Source of the DNA: Azolla caroliniana
Lineage: Eukaryota; Plantae; Polypodiophyta
NCBI GenBank assembly: GCA_043228905.1
Contig: JBHGNT010000003.1
Coordinates: 9,672,001 to 9,736,000, forward strand
Length of the DNA stretch: 64,000 bases
Reading direction: 5' to 3'
This document shows, piece after piece, positions 26,617 to 38,407 of the stretch (within the stretch, counting starts at the first letter, position 1; each line of letters opens with the position of its first letter). Made by a program: the position numbers and the translations under genes. The notes under the pieces were generated by a model, which saw only the letters and a program-made list of their open reading frames with translations, made no database searches and had not been told where the DNA came from.

Positions 26617-29600
26617 AGTATGAGAGAAAAGAGGAATAAGATATTAGTATGAAGGGAGGGAGAAGTAAGAAGATAAAGGAAGAGAAGGAAGGAGAGACAA
26701 ATCGGTTCAAACTGTTAGGAGCAGTACTAAGACAGAGAAGTATTGTTAGGAACAGTACTAAAACAGAGAAGGAATTAGTACTAAAAGATGAGGATTAGTA
26801 CTAAGGGAGGTGTAGAACTCTCGAGAGAAGGAGAGAGAGAGTGAGAGAGAGTGAGAGAATGAAGATAACAAAAGATATATATTATGTTAAGGGAATATAC
26901 AATAGTAGCTAGGAGGCTTAAGACTGGCGTTGAACCGATTTGGTTCGAAATAATGCCTTGTGCCTCCTTTTATAGTGTTCTTCGGAGTACTCCTGAAGTT
27001 TCTAGAATGTTCCAGAGAAATCTAGAATATACATCAATTTTCTATAGTAAAACCTAAATGAAAATAATATCCTTCGTATTACAACATATAGTCTAATGGT
27101 CAAGAGCTTGGCCCATGTAACATAAGGTCATGGGTTCGAGTCTTGCCATATCATGACATTTGATAGGTGAGGGAGTGATCAAAGCTTATCAACAAATTTT
27201 AGATTCTGGAAATATGCCACAAGATTGGAATGAGGGGTTAATATATATGATTCCCAAATCAAGTGGCCAGTTAGAGGAGCTTCAAAATTGGAGACCAATT
27301 ACTCCGTTGAATGTTATCTATAAGATATTAGCAAAAACGGTAGCTAGACGTCTACAACCTTACCTTTCTGAGTTAATTCATGTTTCCCAAACTGGTTTTA
27401 TGCAAGAATGGAGTATTTTTTATAATATTATTCTTTTTTGGGAAATGGTTGCCTTCGCTGAACTACATAAGCAAGATTTGGCAGTGTTATTTCTTGAGTT
27501 TGAGAAAGCTTATGACAGAGTGGATTGAGATTTTATGGAGGGTACTTTGCTCAGGATGGGTTTTCCAAATCGATGGATCCGAGGAGTTTCAACACTATAT
27601 CGTAATGCACACAACTCTCTTCTATTTGCAGAGGATGTTGGTAGGCGTTTCTCTATTTCAAGATCTGTAAGATAGGGATGTCCACTTGCTGCTTTTCTGT
27701 TTCTACTAGTTTCTGAAGCGTTTTCTGTACATTTAAATTCTCATAATGTAAATATCAAAGGTTTAGCAATACCATTTGTAGATGTTGGCGTGGTTAGTGA
27801 GTTTGATGATGATACAACTCTCTATGTTCAAGCCTCACAAGTTAATTTGTTCCAGGTTCAAAAGGTTGTGGATGACTTCTCACATGCATCGGGTGCCTTG
27901 ATTAATTGGGATAAATCATCAAGTTTTTGGGTGGCTGAGGGAGATCCGCTAATTAATGTATTTAGTTCAGGATTTACGTGGATACAAACAGGTCATTCTA
28001 TTAGGTATCTAGGATGTAGAGTGGGTTTGGGATTAAATGCAGAAGATATGATAGCGCCTTTGTTGTTAAGATTAAGAAATAACTTAATATACTGGAATAA
28101 GGAAAAGTTGTCCTTAGCAGGACGTGTAGTTGCTGCAAATTCGATGCTTTTGTCCTCGATTTGGTATATTGCATCGACATGGTTGTTTTCTAGGTTAGTA
28201 ATGCTTAAAGTTCAACATCTAGTACGAAATTTTATTTGGGGGAATGCTAATTCACACACTCTTGTAGCAAAGGTCGCTTGGTCAGTTCTTATACAGTTTA
28301 AACAGAAAGGAGGTTTAGGTTTGATTGATCCCTTAATGCAAAGTAAGGCATTACTGTCTAAACATGTTGTTAGAAGTTTATTTCCTGGAGAGAAGTTATG
28401 GAAAAAGTTATGGATTCTTCATTTACATAAGTTTAAGCCATCGGTAGGTGGTCAATGGAGGGATAGTCTTAGATGGTTCTTCAATTCGTATTTTCCTTTA
28501 CCTAAGTCGTCTGTTGGGTCTTTACGGTTCTTTAATGGAATTAGTCATGCATGGGAAAGTATTGGTCAAGCATTTGTTTTCTTGCCACCAAAAACTCGTT
28601 CTCAATTCATGCGTCAACCATTGTTATGGAATCCTTTATTTACTGATGAAGTTGCATGTGTTTTGGGTTTACGGCCTAGGTTATCTTGGGCAACATTGGA
28701 TAGTGGCCCTGCCCGTACAGTTGTGGAGTGGCTAAATTTTTCGGAGACTTCAATGCAGGACCAGAGGAATAGGTTGTCTAATTTAAGAGGGGCAAATATT
28801 ATGTTCTCTCAAGTGACCACGGTATTTCAGGTAACAATGCCAACTATGCAGTTTGACCATTTTCAGAATTGGTATGGTATGTTTTCACTCTTAATATACT
28901 TATAGGAGCTCATTTACACCATCAAAATGGCAACCTTTATTTTTATGAAGTTCTGGATAATGGTAGACTGTTTTTTGTGGAGGAGGAGGCTCCAATTATG
29001 TCTTCTGCAAATCAGTTACCAGTGCGAGTAATTGCTCGATTAGATAAAAAGATCTTTATAGATCCTAATCCCTTAATTGCTAAATATTCATCTCATATTT
29101 GGGTTTTACAATCTAGGCCAATTGCTGATTTGCATTGGGATTTGTCTGATTATGGTTGGAAGTTGTCCAGATCTGACACTTCGCAAACGAAGGTCCTCCC
29201 ATTCTTCACATATTCTGTGGCGTTTGGAAGGAATTTTCTTTTGAATCAGAGTGAATCGGTACCTGCGGGGAAAAAATATTGGGAGGAAGGTAATGTGTCA
29301 TCCTCGCATATGTTGAAGTTCTGGAAACAATTTTGGTCACTTAAGTGTATGAATAAGGTATTACATTTTCGATGGTTCACGATTCATTATGCCTTGCCAA
29401 TAGGAGGTTTATTGAGGGGAACAATGCCTGATAGATCATGTGTTATGTGTGGGTTTGCAGTTGACACATTGCATCATGTTTTTTGGGAATGTGTTGCGGC
29501 CAAAAGTTTTTTGGTTTTGAATTCTTAGGTTATTAGGTCGTAAGTATAGGTCAGCCATTTTCACGTGAGGTGCAGTATTCTAGGGAATGTTGGATCAGCA

Positions 29601-30089
29601 AAAGGTTTTTTATCATTATCATAATTCTTCATTGACTTTACAGGTAAAAAGTTTTCAGGTGTACTCTATTTCAACCTCCGTACTGGGAATCAAGTTCTTC
29701 TCACGGTGTTATGTTTGGCAGATTGTTTCCTCTTTGGCCCTATGGGTTTTGTGGAAAGGGAGATGTTCCAAACTATACAATGATGAACAAATTCATGTTG
29801 TGGATCAGGTTAAGAACTTTTGGGAATTAGTGATACATATAGTAAAAGGCGAGTATGATAGTTATAAGGGTTATGGAAATAAAGCTAACCGGAAAAGAAG
29901 AAGAATTCACAGAGTTTGCGCAATTATTCCTATTTTGTTGGATGCAGGTGATGATGTTGAGTGGAATCATGTTCCACCTCATTGGTTGTTTCTGCCACCA
30001 GCACCGTTCTTAGTGTAGACAACATGGAATTTGGTGAAAATGGCGTTGTTGTGGAATTATTTTGAAGCATATTTAGTTATTGTAACTTT

Positions 30090-31140
30090 TAGAACGATGA
30101 ATGAAGATGGGGACGGAGGCAAATACAAATTTTCATGATGGTCTGAGGAGTGTGTATATACAGGAAAGTACTGAAAATGGAGAGGATTTTGATGGAAAAT
30201 GGTGAGATGCTTTGATGTGGAAGTTTTTTTAAAGCAGACTTATTTATTTTCAATTTTTAGAATGATGAGTGAAGATGGTGGTGGAGGCAGAAGCAAGGTT
30301 TCATGAGGGTTTGAGGAGAGTGGATTCATTTTGGTCTTCTTTTTGTAGGTACAGAACTCGGGCGATGAATGGCAAGATGGTTGTAGTGGAAAATGAAGCT
30401 GATTTATTTTGAAAGGATGAGTGAAGATGGTGGCGGAGGCGGAAGCAAGGTTTCATGAGGGTTTGAGGAGAGTGCATTCATTCTGGTTTTTGTAGGTACA
30501 GGAATCAGGCGATGAATGACAAGATGGTTGTAGTGGAAAATGAAGCTGATTTAATTTTGGAAGGATGAGTGAAGATGGTGGTGGAGGTAGAAGCAAGGTT
30601 TCATGAGGGTTTCAAGAGAGTGGATTCATTCTGGTTTTTGTAGGTACAGGACTCGAGTGATGAATGGCAAGAGGATCTGGATGCAAAATGGAGAGATAGT
30701 TGATGTGGAAGTTTTTGAAACAGTCTTATTTACTTTCAGTTTTCGGATTGATGAGTGAAGATGGTGGCGAAGGTAGAAGCATGGTTTTATGAGGGTGAGG
30801 AGAGTGGATTAATCCTGTTATGTGTATGTACAGGAAATTGTTGAAAATAGAAAGATGCAAGACTTGGGCAATGACTGGCAAGTTGGATGTTGTGGAAAAG
30901 GAAGCTGATTTATTTTTGAAAGGATGAGTGAGGATGTTGTCAAGGGTTGAAGCAAAATGTCATGAGTGGATGAGGACAACTAATTTTTTCTTTGTTATCT
31001 ATATAGGAATTTCATGGAAAATGGAGAGATGGCTTATGTGGAAATATTTTGAAGCACATTTATTTGTTTTTAGTTTATACAACGATGAGCGAAGACAGTG
31101 GCGGAGGCAAAAGCAAATTTGCATGAGGGTCTGAGGAGAT
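30090..31140 (+). repeat. Degenerate tandem array (~150-185-bp unit x ~7) in LINE 3'UTR
   Basis: Core GATGAGTGAAGATGGTGGCGGAGGCAGAAGCAAGGTTTCATGAGGGTTTGAGGAG at ~30096, 30263, 30417, 30564, 30750, 30922, 31085. Confidence 0.85.
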
Positions 31141-31559
31141 TGGATTGAGTAGAGAACCAATATTTTCATATGGTAGGTTCATCTGGATCATTTGGATATG
31201 ATGAACTCTTACACGTAGCAGCGATCAAGGAATCATTGTAAAAGAAGATATATCACTACTATCATGAACAATACTAAGACAGAGAAGGAATTAGTACTAA
31301 ACGAAGGATTAGTACTATGAGAGGTGTGGAACTTCTTCGAGAGAAGGAAGAAGTGAGCGAGAGAGAGAGAGAGAGTGATGATAAGAAAGATATGTACTAT
31401 ATGAAGAGAATATACAATGGTGGCTAAAAGGCTTAAGACTGGCGTTGAACCAATTTGGTTCAACATAATGCCTAGTGCCCTCTTTTATAGTGTTTTCAGG
31501 AGTAATCCTGAAAGCTTCTAGAATGTTCCAGAGAAATCTGGAATATACACTAATTTTCT

Positions 31560-34500
31560 ATAATAATACGGAAAGGACCTAATTGCCGATAATCTAACTT
31601 CTCACATGGACGAGTAGTCTTGATGTGTTGTCGTAGCAGCCACACCCGATCTCCAATATTAAAACTGGATGGAAGTCGATGACGATCCGCGTAGACCTTG
31701 TGTGTTTGTTGAGCTTGCTGGAGATGAGTAGATAAATCCGCTTGTATCTTGCGTAACTGCTCCAAACGATCCTCCGCGCACGGATTTGTGGACACCTCTA
31801 GGGTTTCAAGTACACTCCACCGGGGGTGACATCACGTATAAGCATAAAATGACGTAACTTTAGTGGATGCGTGGATAGAGTTGTTATAGGTAAATTCGGC
31901 GAAGTGGAGAATATCTGCCCAGTCATCTTGATGATAGCTAAGAAAGCACCGTAGGTATTGCTCCAACGTTTGATTTGTTCGTTCAGCTTGGCCGTCGGTT
32001 TGTGAGTGGTAGCCGGAGGAGAGGTTACAAGTGACCTTGAGCATGTTAAAAAGGTGCTTCCAGAATTTTGACACGAACTGGGGTCCACGATCATTGATGA
32101 TACTATCGGGAAGTCCATGATGCCGACATACTTCACGCATGACAATTTCGGCAGTGTCTTCACTAGAGATCTCTTTAGTACATGGCAAGAAATGAGCCAT
32201 CTTCGTATATCGATCAACCACCGTTAGAATCGCATTGAACCCCTTAGAGACTGGAAGATCTGTGATGAAGTCTAGAGCAATGGATTGCCACGGCTTGCTT
32301 GGAATTGGTAATGGTTCTAATAAACCATATGGATGATGCCTTGGCATTTTCGCTCTGCAACATGTATCACAAGTCCGAACAAAATCCTCGACAAATTGTC
32401 GCATACAGGGCCACCAGAATGTTCGTTGTACTAAATGTAATGTTTTAGTACTACCAAAATGCCCAGTTGTATATGTGTCATGACAGTTTTGTACTACTCG
32501 AAGGCGGCAAGAACCATTAGGAACATACAAAAGTTCTTTAAAGAAGAGTAATCCATCATGGTATTTGAATTGCCGATAGTCCGTACCTGGTGGTTGCGAC
32601 TGTGAACACGACACTCGAGAGGGATCAATTTGTGCTAGTATAGCTTGGGCGAACGCATCTATCTTCAAGTCTTCACGTATGGTATCGATAACGTGGGAAT
32701 CCATAGGCATGTCAAAGATCTGTGTTGCTTGTAGTCGTGCCAGTCCCAAGATGACTTGTTTTTGGTTATCGAAAGCTGGCTCGCCGAGACGGGGTGCTAG
32801 ATAAGAACGCCGTGATAATGCATCTGCCTTCCCTTGGTGCCTCCCCGGACGATATGTAATTTTGAAGTCGAAACGCGTGAGGAAGTGGGCCCACCGAGCT
32901 TGACATCGATTCAACACACCAGCATCCTAAAAGTAGGCAAGATTCTTGTGGTCACTAAATACGGTGACTGGATGAGAGGATCCCTCCAAAAAATGCCTCC
33001 ATTGCATAAAAGAATCCACTATTGCCAATAGCTCCTTATCATGAATTTCGTAGTTGATATCGGCGGCGTCAAACTTGTGTGAGTGAAAAGCCACGGGATG
33101 TAGCTTCTCATCATTCCCCTGTTGTGACAGAATGCTCCCCAATGCAAAATCCGATGCGTCAGCTTCGATAATGAATGGTTTTTCCGGATCGACATGAGCT
33201 AGAATTGGAGCCGATGTAAATGCCTTTTTAAGACTCTCGAAAGCCATGTCCGTTTCTTCAGACCAGATGAACGGTTGTCCCTTCCTGGTAAGTTGTGTGA
33301 GAGGTAGAACGATCTTTGAGTAATCTTGTATGAACTTCCGGTAAAAATTGGCAAAGCCTAAGAAGCATTGCACATCCCGCACCGAACGCGGAGTCTGCCA
33401 TTCTACCACCATTTTGACCTTAGCTGGGTCCATGGAGATGCCTTCTGACGAAATGATGTAGCCGAGAAATTCCACTTGGTTGCACCCGAAACTACATTTT
33501 TCCAGCTTTGCATACAGACCATGTTCTCGAAGTCGTTTTAGTACTAATAGTACATGAGAATCATGTTCTTCTTGGGTCTTTGAATAAACCAGTAGATCAT
33601 CCAAATAGATGATCAAACAATCATCCAATAGATCTCGGAATATATCATTAGCCATGTGCTGGAAGACTGTCGGCGCATTAGTGAGGCCGAACGGCATGAC
33701 CGTATACTCGAAGTGCCCATATCTGGTGCGAAACGCGGTCTTCCATTCGTCTCCTAGTCGGATCCGTACGAGGTTATATGCTCCCCGTAAGTCGATCTTC
33801 GTGAAGAACCTGGTACCATTGATCCGTTCTAAAAGACTTGAGATAAGGGGAAGAGCATACTTATTCCTGATTGTAACCTTATTCAAGCCACGATAATCTA
33901 CAACGAGACGAAGCGATCCATCTTTTTTTTTTGACGAAGAAAATGGGTGCGCCGGCTGGAGATTTCGAATGCCGAATGAAACCATTTTCCAAATTCTCCT
34001 CTATATAGGCCCGAAGGACTTCCAGCTCGGTTGGTGACAAATTGTAGATCGGTCCCCATGGCGGCTCTTTTCCCAGTTGTAAATCGATGGGGCAATCGTA
34101 CGGTCGATGATGAGGAAGTGTGTTGGCTTGTACTTTATCGAACACATAGGTGTAATGACGATACTTCTCGGGAAGTTGAACGGTGAATTCTTCTTTAGTG
34201 GTGCTGGAGGGGTTTACTAATATTGCAAAGAGGAACATTTCCTCCTTGCGCCCTTCTTTACGCAACTGACGTAGCGAAATGGTTGCCATCTTCTGAGTTG
34301 ACCCTTGGGTTTGTCGACACCGGATTTCTCTTGTTCTCCAATCTATGTTTGGGTTATGTAACTCGAACCACGGTAATCCTAAAACTATAGGATGTTCTGG
34401 GATACTAATAATATTAAATGATACTACACATGCTAAGTTATCTAGGACAATATTAATGGGCTCTGACTCTTCTATGATATTTCCGGAAGCAATGGGACGT

Positions 34501-34772
34501 CCATCAATGACTACTACAGAGGCTGGACACTGGAGTTTTCTTAGGGATATCTTATGAGCTTGAGCAAATTTCTTATCCATAAAGCAAGAATTAGCTCCGG
34601 AATCTAGGAGTGTTAGGACATGTACTGGAGGGGTACTTTTAGTACTAACTATTACTTGGGCTACGAACACATCACTAACTTGCTTAGAGGGAATGGAACC
34701 ACTAATGGGCTGCACAGATCTAGGGTTGTCCAACCAAACGGCTCCTATTTTGGCTGGACTTAGTCGTTTAAC
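31560..34772 (-). pseudogene. pol of gypsy copy 2 (PR-RT-RH-IN), -1 frame to gag
   Basis: LLDSGA protease, YLDDLL RT, EADASD RNase H, HHCC plus DFITDLP..DRGPQF..DGQAER integrase; frameshift in A-run near 33925 and stop at 32927. Confidence 0.92.
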
Positions 34773-35896
34773 TCTTCTTCTAACTGACTAAGGACATCAA
34801 ATTTATTTGCTAGATCTGGGATATTAGTACTATTAGGACTATCAGATATCCCTACTGAAATAGGTTCGGATTTAGTACAATTAGAAATAGCGACTATTTG
34901 GTTTACCTGTCTTCTTGGCCTATGGGAGCAATTTATTGCGATATGTCCCGGTCCACCTCAGTAAAGACATAGTCGATTTGTACGGCGTCGCTGCTTTTCT
35001 TCTTCGGATAATGGCCCTCGATGACGTATCGGAGTCGGAGTATTCACTGGAGGCGCATTATATGACTCCCTCGGAAAAGGTCTTGCTACCACTGAGACGT
35101 AGGTGGGCTCTGATCTTGCCCTCGGCATCTGTAGATGTCGTTTCGAATGTCGCTCAAAGAGGCGGTTGTCACATCTCACCGCGCGACTGATTGCTTCTGT
35201 TAAGGACTTTGGCTCTTCGGGGAAGGTCAATAGTAAATCCTTGACGTCGTTGCGTAAACCATAACGGAATTGCTCCACCAACGCTTGATCATCCCAAGGG
35301 ATATCAGCGGCGAGTAGGCGAAAATCTGCAGCGTATGCGGAGGCTGGACGGTCACCTTCGCGTAATCGCCGGATTTTGTTGATTGCGGTCCTGATGCTGT
35401 CAGTATCTCCGAAACATGCTTTAAACTCACCTAGAAACTCTTCAAAATTGTTGAGTAACGGAGATTCCTTTTCTAATAGTGGAGCGAACCATGACAACGC
35501 TGAGCCACTTAACAAAGTGCCTACTAAACCCACTCGTGATACATCGGTGGGATATCGGGAAGGATGCATTTGAATAACTAATCGTACCTGGTTAAGGAAC
35601 CCTCTAAACTGCGATCGCGTTCCATCGAACTTCGTGGGAAGGCCAATCTTGGGTTCTTTATGAATCCCTTGTGTTCCGGGCCCTTGTTGTTGCATCGCTA
35701 CGATGGTTGCTTCGAGTTGTTGCACGCGTAACGCAAGTTCCCCATGTTGTTGTTGCGTTTGCTGCTTTTCTAAGGAGATTTGCTGAAGATCCCCCAGCAA
35801 CCGTTGGTTTTCTTGTTCCAAAGCATGGAACTTCTCCTTCAAGCATTGAAATTCCGAGAAAACAGATTGATATTCTTCAGCGCTAACAATGGCCAT
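34760..35896 (-). pseudogene. gag of gypsy copy 2 (PEG10/sushi-like capsid; CCHC knuckle with Cys->TGA)
   Basis: PTKFDGTRSQFRGFLNQVRL, LREGDRPASAYAADF, CLY*GGPGHIAINC; natural stop TAA at 34762-34760. Confidence 0.88.
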
Positions 35897-36074
35897 GGGA
35901 TGAAAGAAAAGAGGAATAAAAGATTAGTAGGAAATGAGAGAGACAAAAGGTAGGGAAAATTGGTTCAAACTGTCATGAACAGTACTGAGACAGAGAAGGA
36001 ATTAGTACTAAACGAAGGATTAGTACTATGAGAGGTGTGGAACTTCTTCGAGAGAAGGAAGAAGTGAGCGAGAC

Positions 36075-36119
<45 letters not shown>

Positions 36120-36906
36120 GTGAGTGAGTGATGATAAGAAAGATATGTACTATATGAAGAGAATATACAATGGTGGCTAAAAGGCTTAAGACTGGCGTTG
36201 AACCAATTTGGTTCAACATAATGCCTAGTGCCCTCTTTTATAGTGTTTTCAGGAGTAATCCTGAAGCTTCTAGAATCCTGAATCTTACGTATTACAATAG
36301 ATGATCTAATGGTCAAGAGCTCGACCCATATAACCTAAGGTCATGGGTTCGAGTCTTGCCATATCATGACAACTACATGTTGAATACGATGGAATTGATG
36401 TTAGGGGCTTTGGCATGGCATCAACATTATTTGGTGATATGGAAGCTGGTACGGCAACAATATTACTTAGGGGTAAGTTCACCGATATTATCTTGTATCT
36501 TGCCTTTATCTTTATCTAGAAAGATTGGTTGCACAATATTCATTGTAATGTTGGATTGTCTTGTATCTTGCCTTTGGCTACTTTAATCTTAATACTAATG
36601 GAGGATAATTTTTATGGAAAAAAAAAGAATATGAATTTAGATTAAAAGAGAAGGATATCGAAACTCATGAATCCCACAAGTAGGGATCTGCAACATCTCG
36701 GCTCAAGCCTAAACTGTTAGGCTTAACCGGTTTTAAACGGCTTAAGGGCTCGGCTCGGCTCAACTCAGCTTAGGTTTGAGCATGACTAAACGGTTTGAGC
36801 TCGGTTCGTCTTGGCTTGAACCTTGCCAAACCGGCTCAAACCGGTTAAGTCGTTTAGAAAGTTTAGAGAGGGAGGGAGACAACACGCAAGTGGAGAGAGA
36901 GAGAGA

Positions 36907-37230
36907 TAGATTATATTATCATCTTCGGAGGTCAAATATGACCTATGAGACCAAAAATATTACATTTCACGTGATACATGTGAAAGTGAGTAGTGACTCT
37001 CTATGTTCAAGACCTTTACCAATGAATGTTGCAATCGAGAGTGCACATTGTGGTTGTGAGAGGAATTCATGCAAGGATTGGGCTCGGTCGAAGAGATGTG
37101 GAAAGCATGGTCGAATAGATCAAAGGCAGAGCATTGCATCAAAGTGTGATACTCAAACTCGCAAACTTCTTTAGGGCAAAGTGTGCATAGCCGACCACTC
37201 CCATCACTTGTGCCCCAAAGTGTACACAGA
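36907..37230 (-). mobile_element. 3' fragment of an RTE-like LINE flanked by (GA)n
   Basis: Near-identical to 54522-54840; RLCTLCPKEVCEFEYHTLMQC. Confidence 0.75.
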
Positions 37231-37231
37231 T

Positions 37232-37280
<49 letters not shown>

Positions 37281-38144
37281 GACTACACAGAGGAGAGAGA
37301 CAAAGGGAGACCACACAGACATGAGAGAGAGAGTGGGAGGGAGAGAGGGGGAGAGAGACAGAGACAGAGGGAGGGAGGGAGCTTGTACAATGTATACTAC
37401 ATAGTGGATCGTTTGAGAGAGGGGGGGGGGGGGGGGGGGGGTGTTATGGGTATGACCATTTAATATCCCGTGGTAAGAATTTACCGTAGTATTCTATACA
37501 CGTGGATAAGTGTGAGGGTTAAACGAGAGTGTAAAGAAGGGGAGGATTACTTTTAATCCTCGGGATTGAGATAACCCATTAGGTCAAGTGTGAACTTGCC
37601 TGGGGGCCTTGGGTATCGCTATAAATAAGAGGCCTAGCTACCCTCATTTCATCATCTTTTGACTACATCGAGACTCTGCTCGTGTGGTGGGTCAACTCTT
37701 GTAGCGAGCGCGCCAGCACCAGGTATGACTCGACGCCACGGCGGTGGTATGGGACGCCGATCGAGGCTCGAGTTCGTCTCGATCCCTTCGCTCGGGGGTG
37801 GTCGGGTGGATCGTCACCCTTCTTTCTCTTTCTCCTTTCTATCTATTATTACTTTATCCTTATCTTAAGCTTACTTTAGTACTTAGATCTATAATATTTG
37901 GTATCAGAGCTACGTACTAATGTTTCTTTGTTTTTCATTTGTCTTTTGATTGATGTTGATCGATCAATGTGCGGTCGGCCTTGATCCAGACAACGATCAA
38001 CAAAGAACTTCGGTAACTCTTTCCATAATTTTTCTTTCTATTCTCTCTTCTCCCATCTAATCATGTGTTTAGTTTATATGTAATTTTTTTCATTAAGTCA
38101 ATGATGCTGTAGTGGTCTTCAATTGATTATCTAAAACGTTTACA

Positions 38145-38407
38145 TATGTGCACGAGGTCAATACCTCGTTTGACATATTAATAATATGTGATGAGTGTCG
38201 TATGCGTACGAGGTTAATACCTCAATTACGTATTACGTTCACGAACATATGTTACGTTTGCGTATGGGTTTAATACCTTGATTTGTTGTAAACAATATGC
38301 GGTTGGTCTTGTATGCGTAAGAGGTCAATACCTCAATTGCATATTATGATGATCTCTTATTTGAGGATGTTTCGTGTGCGTAGTGGTATATACCTCGATT
38401 ACGTATC
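38145..38407 (+). repeat. Five-unit hairpin repeat array in the chromovirus 5' leader
   Basis: GAGGT-YAAT-ACCTC-type cores at 38152, 38208, 38264, 38319, 38381. Confidence 0.75.

Larger units (their letters stand above)
22941..27158 (-). mobile_element. Tcn1/sushi-like Ty3/gypsy chromovirus copy 1 (internal deletions)
   Basis: LTRs 22941-23379 and 26713-27158 (TG..CA); TSD TCTGA/TTTGA; PPT rc at 23380-23396; gag 26616-, RT YLDDLL, RNase H, chromodomain YEVAAILDS..YLVDWLGY..RTWEP. Confidence 0.93.
20150..30018 (+). pseudogene. LINE ORF2 (APE endonuclease, RT, zf-RVT) in pieces 20150-20384, 22471-22940, 27164-30018
   Basis: NIISWNVxGL; CPGLDGL; NWRPITPLNVIYKILAK; FEKAYDRVD; EFDDDTTLY; GGLGLID; CVMCG..DTLHHVFWEC. 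Confidence 0.92.
31260..36371 (-). mobile_element. Tcn1/sushi-like Ty3/gypsy copy 2 (PPT, chromodomain and U3 of 3' LTR deleted)
   Basis: TSD ACTAC 31255-59 / 36372-76; 5' LTR 35971-36371; partial 3' LTR 31260-~31560. Confidence 0.93.
18064..36624 (+). mobile_element. Full-length L1/Tx1-like LINE with three nested gypsy elements
   Basis: 17-bp TSD AAGAATATGAATTTAGA at 18047-63 and 36625-41, preceded by an A-tail; GC-rich 5'UTR, ORF1, ORF2. Confidence 0.88.

Noticed and set aside
33920-33935. Second programmed frameshift in pol
   Set aside because: Homopolymer indel inside the conserved RT motif KKKDG; copy 1 is in frame here
37230-37463. RE-rich ORF and similar SLSLS ORFs
   Set aside because: Translations of (GA)n and poly-G repeats
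38145-38407. True CRISPR array
   Set aside because: Inside a eukaryotic retrotransposon, repeats degenerate, no cas genes; kept only as a hairpin array
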